From Cetorhinus maximus (taxonomy: Eukaryota), in the NCBI RefSeq assembly GCF_964194155.1, contig NC_135882.1, positions 121,396,001 to 121,460,000 of the forward strand: a stretch of DNA of 64,000 nucleotides, given 5' to 3'. Numbering within the stretch: the stretch's first letter is position 1; the number at the start of each line of letters is the position of its first letter. Made by a program: the position numbers and the translations under genes. This document shows positions 39,645 to 52,039 of the stretch, piece by piece. The notes under the pieces are model-generated. The model was given only the letters and a program-made list of their open reading frames with translations, was not told where the DNA came from and did not search any database.

Positions 39645-40913
39645 ATGGGAGTTTTGCTCTCCACTGGAGGCACCTCCGAGGAGGAAGGGAGGACCAGAAG
39701 GGGGAGGAGGCCAGGAATCCACATTCAGCCTCCAGAGGAGCCACCTTCGGGAGGAGAGGCACAGGCACAAGGGGCGCAGGGCCAACAGGGAGTCCAAGGC
39801 AGATGGGGCCGAAGATGACGCCACTATCCTGCTGCCAGGGTATACAGGCGGTGAAGCAGCTACCTAAATATGTCTGAGGCGCAGTGCCGAAGGAGGCTCC
39901 ATCTCTCAAGGGAGACAGTCACCTCCATTTGTCAGATGATAGGCCTTGAGATCTCCACGAACTGTGTGGGTGGGCCCCCATGCCAGGGGCGCTGAAGGTC
40001 ACGGCTGCCCTCAACTTCTATATCTCTGGCTCTTTCCAGGGGTCGGTGGGTGATCTCTGCGGAGTTTCCCAGTCAGCTGTCCACAGTTGTGTCAAGCAGG
40101 TGACAGACGCTCTATTCAGGTGTGTATTGACTTTCATCGACTGCCGCTGGGACGAGGCCAGCCAGACACAGCGAGCCCGAGGCATCACGGCCATTGCTGG
40201 CTTCCCCCGCGTCCACGGTGCAATAGACTGTACACATGTGGCCATCAAGGCACCAGCAGGTGAGCCTGGTGCCTTTGTCAGCAGGAAGGGCTTCCACTCC
40301 ATGAACGTGCAGATAGTGTGTGACCACAGGATGCTGATTCTACAAGTCTGTGCAAGGTACCCAGGCAGCTCCCACGCTTACATACTCAGACATTCCTAGG
40401 TGCTGAGGCTTTTCAGTGCTCCAACCCGGCTGGATGACAAGGACTATCCCCTCAGGTGGCTCATGATGCCTCTCCGCCATCCAAGAATAGGCTGAGCAGC
40501 GCTACAATAGGTGCCACGGCTCCACAAGGACTGTGATGGAGAGAACCATCAGTCTTCTCAAGATGCGCTTCCGATGCCTGGACTGTTCAGGGGGCGCACT
40601 CCAATACCCCCCAGATCGTGTGTTGCTGATAGTGGTTGTATGCTGCGCTCGCCACAATCTGAGGCTGGAAAGGGGCGATGCTGTGGACGAAGAAGGTGTA
40701 GACGCAGTTGCTCCGGATACACACGATGAGCCCAGCAATGAGTCTGAGGATGAGCACACACAGGAGAACACTGAGGGGGTAGACACTGACCCGGGCATAC
40801 TCCAGGGAGGCAGGGACACCCGGGAGGCTTTAATCCAAAGAACCTTCAGCTGGCACACCACAGATGGGCCTTCAACACATGCCAAGGCTGCAGGCTCCAT
40901 ACTCGATATCTGA
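39645..40913 (+). pseudogene. Harbinger (HARBI1-like) DDE transposase, disrupted
   Basis: LNFYISGSFQ..GVSQSAV..GFPRVHGAIDCTHV..RKGFHSMNVQIVCD..YPGSSH..ERTISLLKMRFRCL..CCARHN; in-frame stops and frameshifts. Confidence 0.92.
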
Positions 40914-41159
40914 GTGCTAAATCTGCATGAATAGTAATATTAACGTAGGCCCTTGTCAATAAAGCTCAATGTCAAACAGCTCACTCATAACATCATGATG
41001 ATGTGCCTCTTGAAGAAGTAAGGAATCTCCCTGAGGCATGGCAACATGTCAAAATTCATTGAGATTACAAAAGTAACTTCACAAACCAAAAAAAAGGTGT
41101 TGGACATCACACCAAGTCTTAAATGAACTAATATGGGGCAACATAAAAGCATCAGTGAG

Positions 41160-43313
41160 AAACCCATGGTGTGCCGGAGGTGCCTTAAATTTACGCTTAC
41201 GGGTGCTACATCTAGGTCCTGTCCCCTCGCTGGCACTGGCATCTGAGACAGCCTGCTCACTGTGCTGTCCTGTTGGCCTCGATGACCTTGGCGGCCGTCT
41301 CTGGCCCATGGAGCCTTCGTTGGTCCCGCCTGGGAGGGAGCGGCTAGTTCCACAGCTGGCTTCTCCCCAGTCGCCGCAACCTCATCAGATGCCACGGTCA
41401 CTGGCAAAGCGGCGGAGGAGCTGCTGCCATCATCTGGAGCATCCTGAAAGGAGCTCACAGAGACGACAGGCAGCTGCTGCGCCGACGTGATGTCGCTTTG
41501 GACCTCCCTGCTCACTGTAGATGGATGGGTGCTGAGCTGGGATACTTGGTGCCCAAACTATCACCCACACTGGCACTGACTAGCTGAGGTCAATGCCACT
41601 GTGAGGGCTTGCAGGTCTGAGCACAACCCCAGGGGGCCTGATTGTTCTCTTGGAGAAGCCTCTCCACGAGAGTCACCATTCTCTCCGTGGAGGAAGCGTG
41701 GCACTCGGCCATGAGGTTCATTGCATCGGTGATGCTCCGTGTGGCCTGCTCCAGCGGGCACCATGCCACGCATAGCCTCATGTATCTCCGCCAGACCCTC
41801 CCGCAAACCCTGCTACACTTCCAGCGTTTGCTGCCTCACGGGTGACTCAAGAGGCACATCATCAGCCACCGACCGAGCACATGCCGGGTCCCCAGCAGTC
41901 CTCCGACTGCCGGTGCCCTGGGCTCTCTGCCCTCACCTCAAACAAGTGTGAAGTGCCCTCACCGCCGTCCCCCAGGACACTAGCCGAAGATCTAATTCCC
42001 ACCGAGGTGCTAGTATCTGTGTTCGTGTCTGCCTGGCAGGGATGATATGATGGTGAGTCAATTTCCACTGTGCCCTCAGGTGTGGGAGGTGGCCCCTCTG
42101 CCTCCTCCTCCTGGCCCTGTTCCGGTGATGCTGAAAGGAAGAACAAGGACATTTGATTAGTTACAGTTCAAACAATGTCAATTTGCATGCCGGTCCCCTG
42201 GATCATTATGCGCTCATCCTTCCATAATCAATGGTCAACCCATGTTGCAAACTTCAATCACTGAGCATTCAGCAGTGTCAAGGCTTTTGGGACACGCATG
42301 ATGACCTGAGTGCTCAGCCAACATACCTCCCCGTGGCACCCCAGCCTCACCCTCACTGGTGGATGGTGCCTTTCCAGATCCATGGCCTGCTGCTCAAAAG
42401 ATGTCAGGGTGGCCAACTGGGCCTGGCCTCCACCAGTCCATATCCGCTCGGCGGAATTGTGTGCAGTCTTCTCCTGAAAAGGAGAGAAGAGCATTAATTA
42501 GTCCAGCATGTACCTGGATTCCCATCATATTCCTGCCAACCCAACCTGAGTGGGACATTGCAGGACTCCAATTCTTCGTTACCCTGCAGCTGCTGCACGC
42601 TCACACAAAGAACCCAGAGCTGACCCCCCTCCATTGCCCAAATGCTGCTCCCTTCACATGTGGCACCACAAGGTGTAACCTTGCTAAGCAAGGAGGCACA
42701 AGCACGTGGACCACAAAGGCAAGCAGATGGATTGATGCCCTGCCACCTGGAAGCTCCCTTCCCAGTATGTTAGCACCCTGATTTTGACATGCTTCCGAGT
42801 TCCAGCACAATGCCTGTGTGCAGATCCTTGAGTTTCACCCCCATTCTAAACTCTGGGTGTCACTGTCATACATGCTGCGGGTGCAGATCCCATCTTAGCT
42901 CAACCCTATCAGGGTGAACTAGGCATGGGCAGTATCTGCTGGCCCACCCAGCGAGGGATACATGCCATGAAGGATTCATTGCCATTACTGTACGCAGAGT
43001 TGCTGGGCTGGAGGGGGAGGCCGGGGTATGTGTGTGTGTGTGTATGTGCATGCGTGCGTGTGAAGGGTGACGGCTGCATTAAGTGACCTCAGAAAATGTG
43101 GTACCCTTCCCGAGCGCAGGAGGTCGTTGAATCTTTTATGGCACTGGACCCATATGTGTCGCACCACATCATGGGAGCTCACGCTCTTGGCCACTGCGCA
43201 CGTTTGGTCAGGTGGGGAGGCCTCCGCCTCCCGTCCCTTGGAAGCAAGACCTCCTCCAAGAGGGCAGCTAGGCACTCATCCGAAAAATGAGGGGTACACT
43301 GCCCCACTGCCAT
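41160..43313 (-). pseudogene. Harbinger Myb/SANT-like accessory protein gene (spliced, disrupted)
   Basis: PHFSDECLAALLEEV...WVQCHKRFNDLLRSGR (exon to ~43104), then cag|EKTAHNSAERIWTGGG (from 42473). Boundaries approximate. Confidence 0.8.
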
Positions 43314-44093
43314 ACCTTCCAGCCTGGCCTGTCCCGCTGGCCACCCTTCGGCCTGGCGTCCCGCTGGCCTACCCTCCGGACTTGCATGCTGGACAGTAGC
43401 CCTCTGCTGAGCCCTTCTGCCAGCCATTGAGCAGCCTTCTAAAGGCTGCCAGGCCTTCATTTAAACAGGCCGCCGGGTCGCCATTGGACCTGGCAGTCAG
43501 TGCACGCCAACTCCCGCTATCCCCACGAGTCAAGAAATACGCTGGATGGGCCTTAATTGGCCCGCCCGCGTAAAATGGCAGCGTGGACCCGATCGTGGGT
43601 GGCAATCGGGTCCGCACCCGCCCACGGCTCGCCCGACATGGGGAGAATTCTCCCCTAGGTGTGGGAGGTAAGAAGTTCAATTTTTCAGTTTCAAATTGTT
43701 TCTCACTGCAAGGTAAAATTATCAAAGAATTTAGTTGCTCTGCTCATCGTGGTGATCAGGTGATTTGTTCTCAATTACAGATAGTATTCATTATTGTTCT
43801 TATAAAGCTTCTTCCTAATGCACATTTAGATTACAGCTTTGTATGGCCTAGTGATGTTGTAATTGATATTTTACTACAAATGTCTTCGAAGCATGAGTTT
43901 TCGGTGGGTTCTCTTTATCTCTTTCTCAATTATTTATCCATTAAATTTTTAGTAAGTCACCTTGCTTATTTGTAAGGTGGTTTGCATTTTTTAACTGAAC
44001 ATTTCTATCATGCAAGCTTTTCCCTTTGGAGGGGTTTCAAAAGGTGGGGCAACTATTTTTAATTTAGGCAGCTCTGTCACATCATGAAATAAT

Positions 44094-46277
44094 GCCCCAG
44101 ATTTTGCTCTGAGCAGAGAAGGAATGGAACTTGCTTTTCGCTTCACTGACAACTACCCAGACTTTTCATGGGCTTGTCAGTGGACATTTCCTCTAATCCT
44201 ATGGTCTTTTATAGCTTTAGTCCCTCAACAGAGGATCAATGCCAGTGAAAAAGGCAAGGAACAGTGAGAGTGAAGTATCCCTTTACTAGCCAATGTGGTG
44301 GGAACAAGGTCTGTTATTAGTGTCCAAGAAACCAAGGGCAGAATTTTTCAGTCGGTGTGTGGGGACGGGCATGACATGCCGACGCGTAAAATGACGCACG
44401 ATGACGTCAGGCATGATCCCGATGTCATCGCAATGTTTCGTTCGGCGAGTGCGTGTCGGAGTCCGCTGCGCACCAGCCGATATTTAAATGACTTATTAAG
44501 GAAGTAATTAAGGTCGTTGTTGCCGCTGCCCATCCAACCTTAAAGTTGGCTGGCAGGCGAAAAGGCCAAGCGGCCTTCAAATTTTTTAGGAAACCTCATC
44601 CACAAGTGGGATGAGGTTTCCTAAAACTTTCAGTAAATAAATAAAAAATTATGAAATATAAAAATGTGTCCTATCTCATGTGACATGTTTAAATAAGTTT
44701 TCAATCCATTTATTTGAAAACCGCTTCAATCTCCGAGGCAGCTCTGTGCGTTCGTTGGAGCGTTCTTTCGTGCGCATGTGCAAAAGAGTGCTGGGCCCGA
44801 CTCTCTCTCCTCCCCCCGCCCTCACAGGTAGCGCTGAGCGCTACAGCTCATGTCTTACGCTGGGCGGGCTTTAATTGGGCCAATTAAGGCCCGCCTGCGT
44901 AAAATGACAGCGCAGAACTGATTGCGGGCAGCGATCGGCTCCGCAACTGCCCCTGCCCACTCCCGCCGACTGAAAAATTCTGGCCCAGGTGGGCTCGCGT
45001 GAGCTTTTCAATCCAGCCACTATGCTTACATCTAGCCTCTGGGTTTTGCGGCCAACAAAGGTCGAGCGGGCATGGTAATGACCTGAATAAGTCAATTGCA
45101 ACACCAGTATTTAAAGGGACATTGCAAAGATGACATTTGATAGATTCTGGAGATGTGCGAACTTAAGAAAGAACTGTCAGAATGGAGCCCCAACATTCCA
45201 AGTCTGCAAATCTTTCTCTAGTAACGCCTTCCTGATGTGATGCTGGGATAAACAAAGACCCACAGGGCCATTCTGTTCCCCGCTAATGGGAGGAAGAAGC
45301 TTGTGAGGCTGGAGATTATTCATGAGGGAAGCATCTGTAATGTGGTGCCACTCTTGTGGATTCGATACAAAGGCAGTTTAATGACCTAATCAGGGCAGGA
45401 AACGTTATAACGGTGGTAAATTCAACAACATCTTGATGTATTACACCGCCCCCTTCACTCTCCCCTCTCAAACCTACTCCAGTATATCATTTCCACACTA
45501 TCCATCCCTCTCTGTCTGCGTAACTTCTCATTTGCCACTGAAACTCACCCTCATCCTTCATGCAATGTTGCAGCTCTCCCTCAGTCGCTTTCAACAAATG
45601 CTATCCATCCATTTGGTAAGACATGCTTTTAGACACAGTTATATGCCTCTTCTTTCCCTCCTTGCAGAAGAGAACGCAGAACACCAGGGACAGACAGAGA
45701 ACCGGAGGTGGTCTTTATTCAATCTTGCAACTGACAGCTGCAGGAGAGGCAAGCACTGGAATTCAGCAGAAACTAGGGTGCGCAATGATGACATAAGCAT
45801 TGGAGAAACTACACATGCACCAGTGGCTGCAGTGGGAACTGAATTCCTGATTTCTGTTTCCCGTTTGTCAGTGACAGGAGTTATAGTGAATTAGCATTTC
45901 TACTTCAATGCAAGATTAGCAAGATGTTTCACGTTGCCATGGGAAAGAGGGCAGGGGAAGCTATTTTTGAGATCAGATTACAGGCTTTCCTACAAATCAC
46001 TGCATATCTTGACTGGCAGCAGTTCTGTGTGGGCAACAGAGACATCTCAACAGGTGCAGAACTAGTGGGCAAGTACAGCAAAATCATGCCATTGCAGCAA
46101 TTTCAATGCCTCAACAAAAGAGCAGCAGCACAATCTGTGAAGGAGCTAGGTGTTTCTAACAGAAACTTCTGGTATTACGCATTGAGTTGGGCATGTACAT
46201 ACTGTAAAAGTCAGTCAAATCTCCTTCATTTATAATGGTAATCGCTGATAACCCATCATTATCGCAAATTCCAAGCC
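44094..46277 (+). mobile_element. Older degenerate Harbinger-like element with Myb-domain remnant
   Basis: Around 45265-45410 reads RAILFPANGRKK...RQFNDLIRAGNV, resembling the Myb exon at 43100-43300. Boundaries approximate. Confidence 0.5.
44336..44985. mobile_element. Harbinger-family MITE nested in an older Harbinger remnant
   Basis: GGGCAGAATTTT...AATTCTGGCC, flanks CAA/CAG. Confidence 0.87.
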
Positions 46278-46658
46278 ATTATGCGCACATCATTATGCAT
46301 AGGTGTAGCATATTTGGAATGTTGCATCCCTACACAGTTTTTAATATATAAAAAGTTGCAAAATATTTCCTAAAATTAGGAATTAAAAAAGGACAACTGT
46401 ACATTTATGTTCCTTGGTTATATTTCTTGTTCAGAATATAATTTGACATTTCATTAACATATTGCCAATGACAATAGCATTGCAAACCAAGTAATGGAGA
46501 GCTAATACTCTGTTCTATTGTGATTATCATCCTTTGTTCACTTATCTTTCTCAATTTGTAACTATTACGTCATATAGCACATTTACACTGTTAAAAGTAT
46601 ATATTGTGGAGACTGCCAAAGCTCTGATAGTTTACGGAAACTGACAAATTTCCATTAC

Positions 46659-46762
46659 CTTTCTGGCCTGGGAAAGCGTTGTCTATTCTGGATTGCCTCG
46701 ATAAGACTGACAAAAAATTCTGGTTTTACAATGGGTCGACAACAAATCATTGCACATATGGT
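46659..46762 (-). CDS. NBN: NBN exon 5
   Basis: TICAMICCRPIVKPEFFVSLIEAIQNRQRFPRPE; 104 nt, AG/GT. Confidence 0.95.
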
Positions 46763-47985
46763 CTTATAGGAAAGAAAAAGAATGGAGATATTATTACAAT
46801 CGGTACATATCAACTAACCAATGCTTAGACATCATATAATCTACTGTTAACTTCCTTATTCAAAGTAGGCACAAGTCACAGTTTGTCAAAGGAATTAAAT
46901 TGTGAGCTAGTTGCTTTTAAAAAGCAATTTGATATATGATTAGCTATGTCTCGATTTAAAGAACATTACGTCTATCACAATTTAAGCAACATACTTGAAA
47001 ATATTTGCATGCGTTAACTCACATTTTGTACTCATAAAACAATAACAAGAGAAACAGGTAATTTGATGATCAAGCTTGCACATATAATGTGTGTCTTGGA
47101 ATAGAGTAAAATATTCCAAGACACTTCAAACAATTTGACATTGAGCAACATAAGGTGGTATTAGGACAGGTGACCAAAAGCTTGGTCAAATAGGTAGATT
47201 TTGAGGACTGAAATGTGGAGAGCAGAGAGGTTTAGGGAGAGAATTCCAGAGCGTGGGGCCTAGACAACTAAAGGAAAGGCTGCGAATGCAGGAGCAAAGA
47301 AAATCAACAATACGTAAGAGGACAGAATTAAGGGAGTGCGGAAGTAAAGGGTTACAGAGTTAGGGTTGGGTGAGACCGTGGAGGAATTTGAAATTAAGAT
47401 GCTGCCGGACCGAAAGCCAAGGCAAGTTATCAAGCAATCAAACACCAGAACGCTTGCAATGAAAACTATTCAGGACATCTGAAAATAATCAATCCAGAAA
47501 GAGCAGTCTTATCTCACTACCGTAATATGCTGGCGTTTTAAAGAATCGATTCATATCCAAGTTGCAGTAAGATTTTAACAACATAAAACTTCCTGGAAAC
47601 TTTTCAGTTTATGTTTAAAAAAACTAAGTTCATTTTTAAAATATTTTAATTGTGTTCCCATTGAAGTCAGAAATATTTTCAATTATGTTCTAAAAGCCAA
47701 AATACTGTAGAGCACACTGAGCATCTTCTCAAAAGTTAAAAATTACACATAGAACCACTTTTGGGGCTCAGAATCCTATTTGGGTTAGTAGAAACTGGTC
47801 AGCAGTAATTTCAAAACCTGGGAATTTAATTTTATAATGTTTAAAACTGAAAATGAAGGAGTTGTATTTGTAGTTAAGACAAAGTGCTCAGTTGTTTACA
47901 GCTGGCATTGATTTAAAGCTTGGCAAAGTCTTTCATAAAAACTGGTAAAGTGAAACATTATTTTGCTTCATTCCATTCAGCTGAC

Positions 47986-48145
47986 CTTCACAGTGATCTT
48001 GACTGATGACATGACAAGGTGAGTGTTAGCTTCTGTCCAATTGTTGCTAAGATGACCTCCAAGTTGTTGAACGCACTTATTTAACATGATTTTTCCTGGC
48101 CCATCCAAACAGGAAGAGCATACAATCAGGGGTTCATATTCTACT
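47986..48145 (-). CDS. NBN: NBN exon 4 (BRCT1)
   Basis: [14 protein letters not shown]...[20 protein letters not shown]; 160 nt, AG/GT. Confidence 0.97.
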
Positions 48146-49566
48146 CTGAGGGGAAAAATATATTTATTGCATTGCATAGTATAAAAAGGAACATATTAAT
48201 ATATAGGAAAATCAAATGGTAGCACTTGAAAATGACAATGAATTCACTGACTGCCAGTGACTGTCTCAGAAAAATTATATAATCACAATAATTTCTTTAA
48301 AGAATACTCAGAATATCAATATCAGTCAATGTGTGATAGAAACAAAATACACAAAAGGTCGTGTGATCCCCTCTTAAAGAAATCATGGGCGAGTCAGGCT
48401 CGCAAAACACAATTATGCAAAAAATTGTTCCATTATTGTCCTCTTCCTTCAATGACAGATAATTTTGTAGGATTGAAAGGTAGATGTCAGTTTCAGCATA
48501 ACTGAGAACATCTTCCAACTTTTCTAGATCAGAAAAGTTGTTTTAGTTAATGAGCTGGTAAAACTCATTCCTCTAAGGCTAAACTGGACAGTTTCTATAA
48601 TAAAAAAAACAGTTGTTACCTTTTTTTTCCACTAAATTCTGTAGCAGAAAGAAAAGTAGCTTTTTTCTTACAAAGGACAATTCAAAAAGACGTGGATTTA
48701 GCATGATAACAAATTGCTTTATTGAATAGCTTGTAAACAAATTCTGTTAACATTTGGAAGCTTCTAGGTGTGGAAGAATTTAGTATAGGAATTAGGATGC
48801 AGACAAAGTTGTATGGTTTCAATAATTATTAAAAATGCAGCAGCTAGTTTGCAATAATCCAATTTCCACAGTCACTGAGACAAATGAGCAAATGATATAT
48901 TTTGGAGGTATTGACTAAAGATGAACATTGGCCAGGAGACTGGAAGAACTCCCTGCTCTTCTACAAAATGGGTTGTGGGATATTTTGGGCCTTAACCTCC
49001 GGCTAGCATCAGAATGTGCTGGCCTGCAGAAATTAGAAGAAATAATTACCTACTTAGCCGGTCCTGAAAATAACGCTGATACTTCCGTTCGCAGGAGCTG
49101 CTTGGGGCCTGCATCAGAAGACTCCTCGCAGGCCCCAGCAAAGTCTAGATCCAGTGTATTCAAGGAAGCCACGCCCCCTTTTTTACAGCACTAGCTACCG
49201 TAAAGCAGCGCAATTGTCCAGTGGAAGTGTGCACTTCTGGGCAATTGTCATGCAAACCCTTGCCTGCGTACTTGCCAGGAGGATTCCCCAGCGCATCTTT
49301 CGGTACCCCCCAAATCCGACGCTGGGGAGTGCGGAAGTTACGGGCCTTTATATCTTTTTGTCCAGGTAGGTAGAGTCTCATCTGGAATGGTGGGAAATAA
49401 TGAAAAGCTCTGACCAGGAGGACTTCATTTTATTCTGTCTTTCAAATGCCTCTGATTTCAACTGAAATGTTGTGTAGCGCTCTCAATGAAATAAGATATA
49501 CCAATTTCAAATGCTAATCATGATAATTTTGTGTCAAACTTTGATGAAAAGGCAGGAAACTGTTAC

Positions 49567-49715
49567 CTGAATTTGCTTTGGAAAACTCCAAATGTGATCA
49601 ATTCTCCTGACTGCAAGATCCTTGGGCTGTCATTCTGTAAGCGCTCCTCATTTACAAAGGTTCCATACTTTGAAGTATCTCTTAGTGTCAGTACAGAGTT
49701 TCTGCCAGCTTGAGT
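49567..49715 (-). CDS. NBN: NBN exon 3 (FHA)
   Basis: [24 protein letters not shown]...[11 protein letters not shown]; 149 nt, AG/GT. Confidence 0.97.
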
Positions 49716-50895
49716 CTTTAAAGAAACAGGAAATAAATTTAGAATGCTAAACATGCACTATTAAAATCTTCTGTTCTCCAGGACAATAGTCAGCTGTTAA
49801 ATTAGTTGCGATGGTCATTGCGTACTACTCTACATAAAGTAATTATTAGGTGTTTTGCTGAAAGTGGCACTGCTATTAGGTAACAGAATAATTTTTTAAA
49901 AATGTAAACTACAAATGCAATTGCCATGTTTACATTGCAATCTCGTGGATTTATCATGTTATAAGGACTTTCACACAATAAAATTATTTTATTGAATTCT
50001 TTGTAATTTTTCAAAGCTACAAAGATGGTTATCAGGCAATTACTCATGTCTTAGTCACATTTGTTATCATGTTGAAGTTTTGAATAGAAGCAGACACTTG
50101 GTGCTGAATTTCTCCACATCAAACACAATGAAGTTCTGCTGTCATGACCTCACAAATGCAGAATATTGTCCATATCCGCCACTCTTATTTATCTTGTTAC
50201 ATAAGTGGAGCTGCATAGAAAAGTTTAATTTGCAACCTCTCGCCTAAGCTTAAAACACCAACAGGGCCAAGTGAGACAGTTCAGTACCAGTTTAGTCTTT
50301 TTTTTTAAACTTAAAGTATCTTGGGGCAACTTAGATTTATGTACCACACTTCTGACATTCTTACAACCCCATTGAAGAGTGAAAAACAAAAGAAAGTGTA
50401 TGACCCTCTCCAATGTACAGCTGGGTCCTTTAGTGACTGGATAAAAAAATAATCAGCTAATTCACTATCAAATCAATATTACTTTCTAATGCAAGCATGT
50501 ATTTTGCCATAATTAGCAAGTTGTGTTACTTTATGATTATTCACTATATTTGCCTATAATCTGTTGCTCAATTAAAATCACTTGGCACAGTCATCCCATA
50601 TAGTAATAGCATCTTCTACAATGAATCAGATTCTGAAATCATTTTGGAAAGTTACAAATTCCAATTCAAATAATTAAATTAAAATAGTAGAATAAATACA
50701 GATGGAATGAGATAATATAATTTACACTTCCTGAAAATGTTAACGTTCTTTAAAAAATTAAATTTTGTCCATCCATACTCCATTTCTGTCTCTACCCATC
50801 CCTCCTTCAACAGACTGTATACATCAGAGGCACAGGCTATACCTGTTACCTGTAGCAAGTGTTCATTAAGGCTCACTTTCCAATCTGAATCCATA

Positions 50896-51587
50896 GGGCA
50901 GGATTTCCGCCCCCCATCGGGGGCGAAGTTGAAGTGTGGGCACACGGAAGCATGCCTCCGATTGATGCCCCCAATTGGGGGCGCGCCGCCATTTTATGTG
51001 GGTGGGCCAATTAAGGCCCGCCCAGCATTATGTCCGCACGGAAGTGCCATGCGCTCCCTGTGCAGGCGGCCCTAAACCTGGAGAGTGTGCTCTTTCGCAC
51101 ATGCGCACAAAAGAGTGCACTCATCTCCCTGAGGCTAAGTGCTGCCTCAGGGAGATCACCTCTACTGTTAAAAATATTAAAAAATAGAAAAAAAAAATTC
51201 CTGACATGTCCCCTCATGTGATACTGTCACATGAGCTAGGACATGTCCATAATTTTTTTAAAAAACTTTCATTAAATTTTTAAAAACCTACATGAAACCT
51301 CATCCCGCCCATGGATGAGGTTTCATGCTTTTTCTAATTCCCGCCAGGGCTCCTGGCCTGCCCGCCAACCTTAAGATTGGACGGGCAGGTCCATTAATTA
51401 GTCTAATGATTCTGTCAATGGCCTCAATTGGATATTGACAGGTTGGCAGGCATACAGCTGATTTTGCTGAGCACCCGCCTACCTGAAAATTTAAAGGAGG
51501 TGCGGTGACGTCGGGAGTTCCTCCCGACGTAACCGCGCATCATTTTACACGTCGGCGAGCAGGCCCGTCAATGGGAAAATCCTGCCC
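50896..51587. mobile_element. Harbinger-family MITE
   Basis: GGGCAGGATTT...AATCCTGCCC, TSD ATA; complete palindrome set. Confidence 0.9.
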
Positions 51588-51905
51588 ATAGTGAAGTTCA
51601 TCATTCTATCACAATAGCAGAATTTCCTGATTCTTAAAGGTGCTCACTGTAGCTACAAGAGCACTTTTTGTTAAAGGTAGTGCTTTAGTTTATCTAGTTT
51701 TGTTAAGCACCGAAATGAAAGAACTGTTTTTTTTGGAGTTATTTCCTACATATTGCAGCTAATATAATCTTTGTGTTAATGATCAAAGTGGTGGTTATAA
51801 TTGAATTGTATGATTTTTAAAAATTGCAAGTAGCAACTTAAGATTGTAACACGAGGAAAGTAGTATTGCATTCTAAAAAAGTAAAATTGAAATGTGATTT
51901 CTCAC

Positions 51906-52039
51906 CAGATTTGCAGCAGGATGACTAACTGAAAGTGCAGCATGCGATCGACTAATGGATTGATCATCACATAGAAGGATTACACAGTTCTTTCGACCAA
52001 CAACGTAATCTACACCAGCTAACAAATGGTAGGGCTCTT
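51906..52039 (-). CDS. NBN: NBN exon 2 (FHA domain)
   Basis: [35 protein letters not shown]...; AG/GT boundaries, 134 nt. Confidence 0.97.

Larger units (their letters stand above)
39125..43655. mobile_element. Full-length decayed PIF/Harbinger DNA transposon
   Basis: Termini GGCCAGAATTTTCCC...GGGAGAATTCTCCCC with a 3-bp TAG duplication; holds a HARBI1-like transposase (+) and a Myb/SANT-like gene (-). Confidence 0.92.

Noticed and set aside
39645-40913. Domesticated host HARBI1 gene
   Set aside because: It has stops and frameshifts and sits between TIRs with a TSD.
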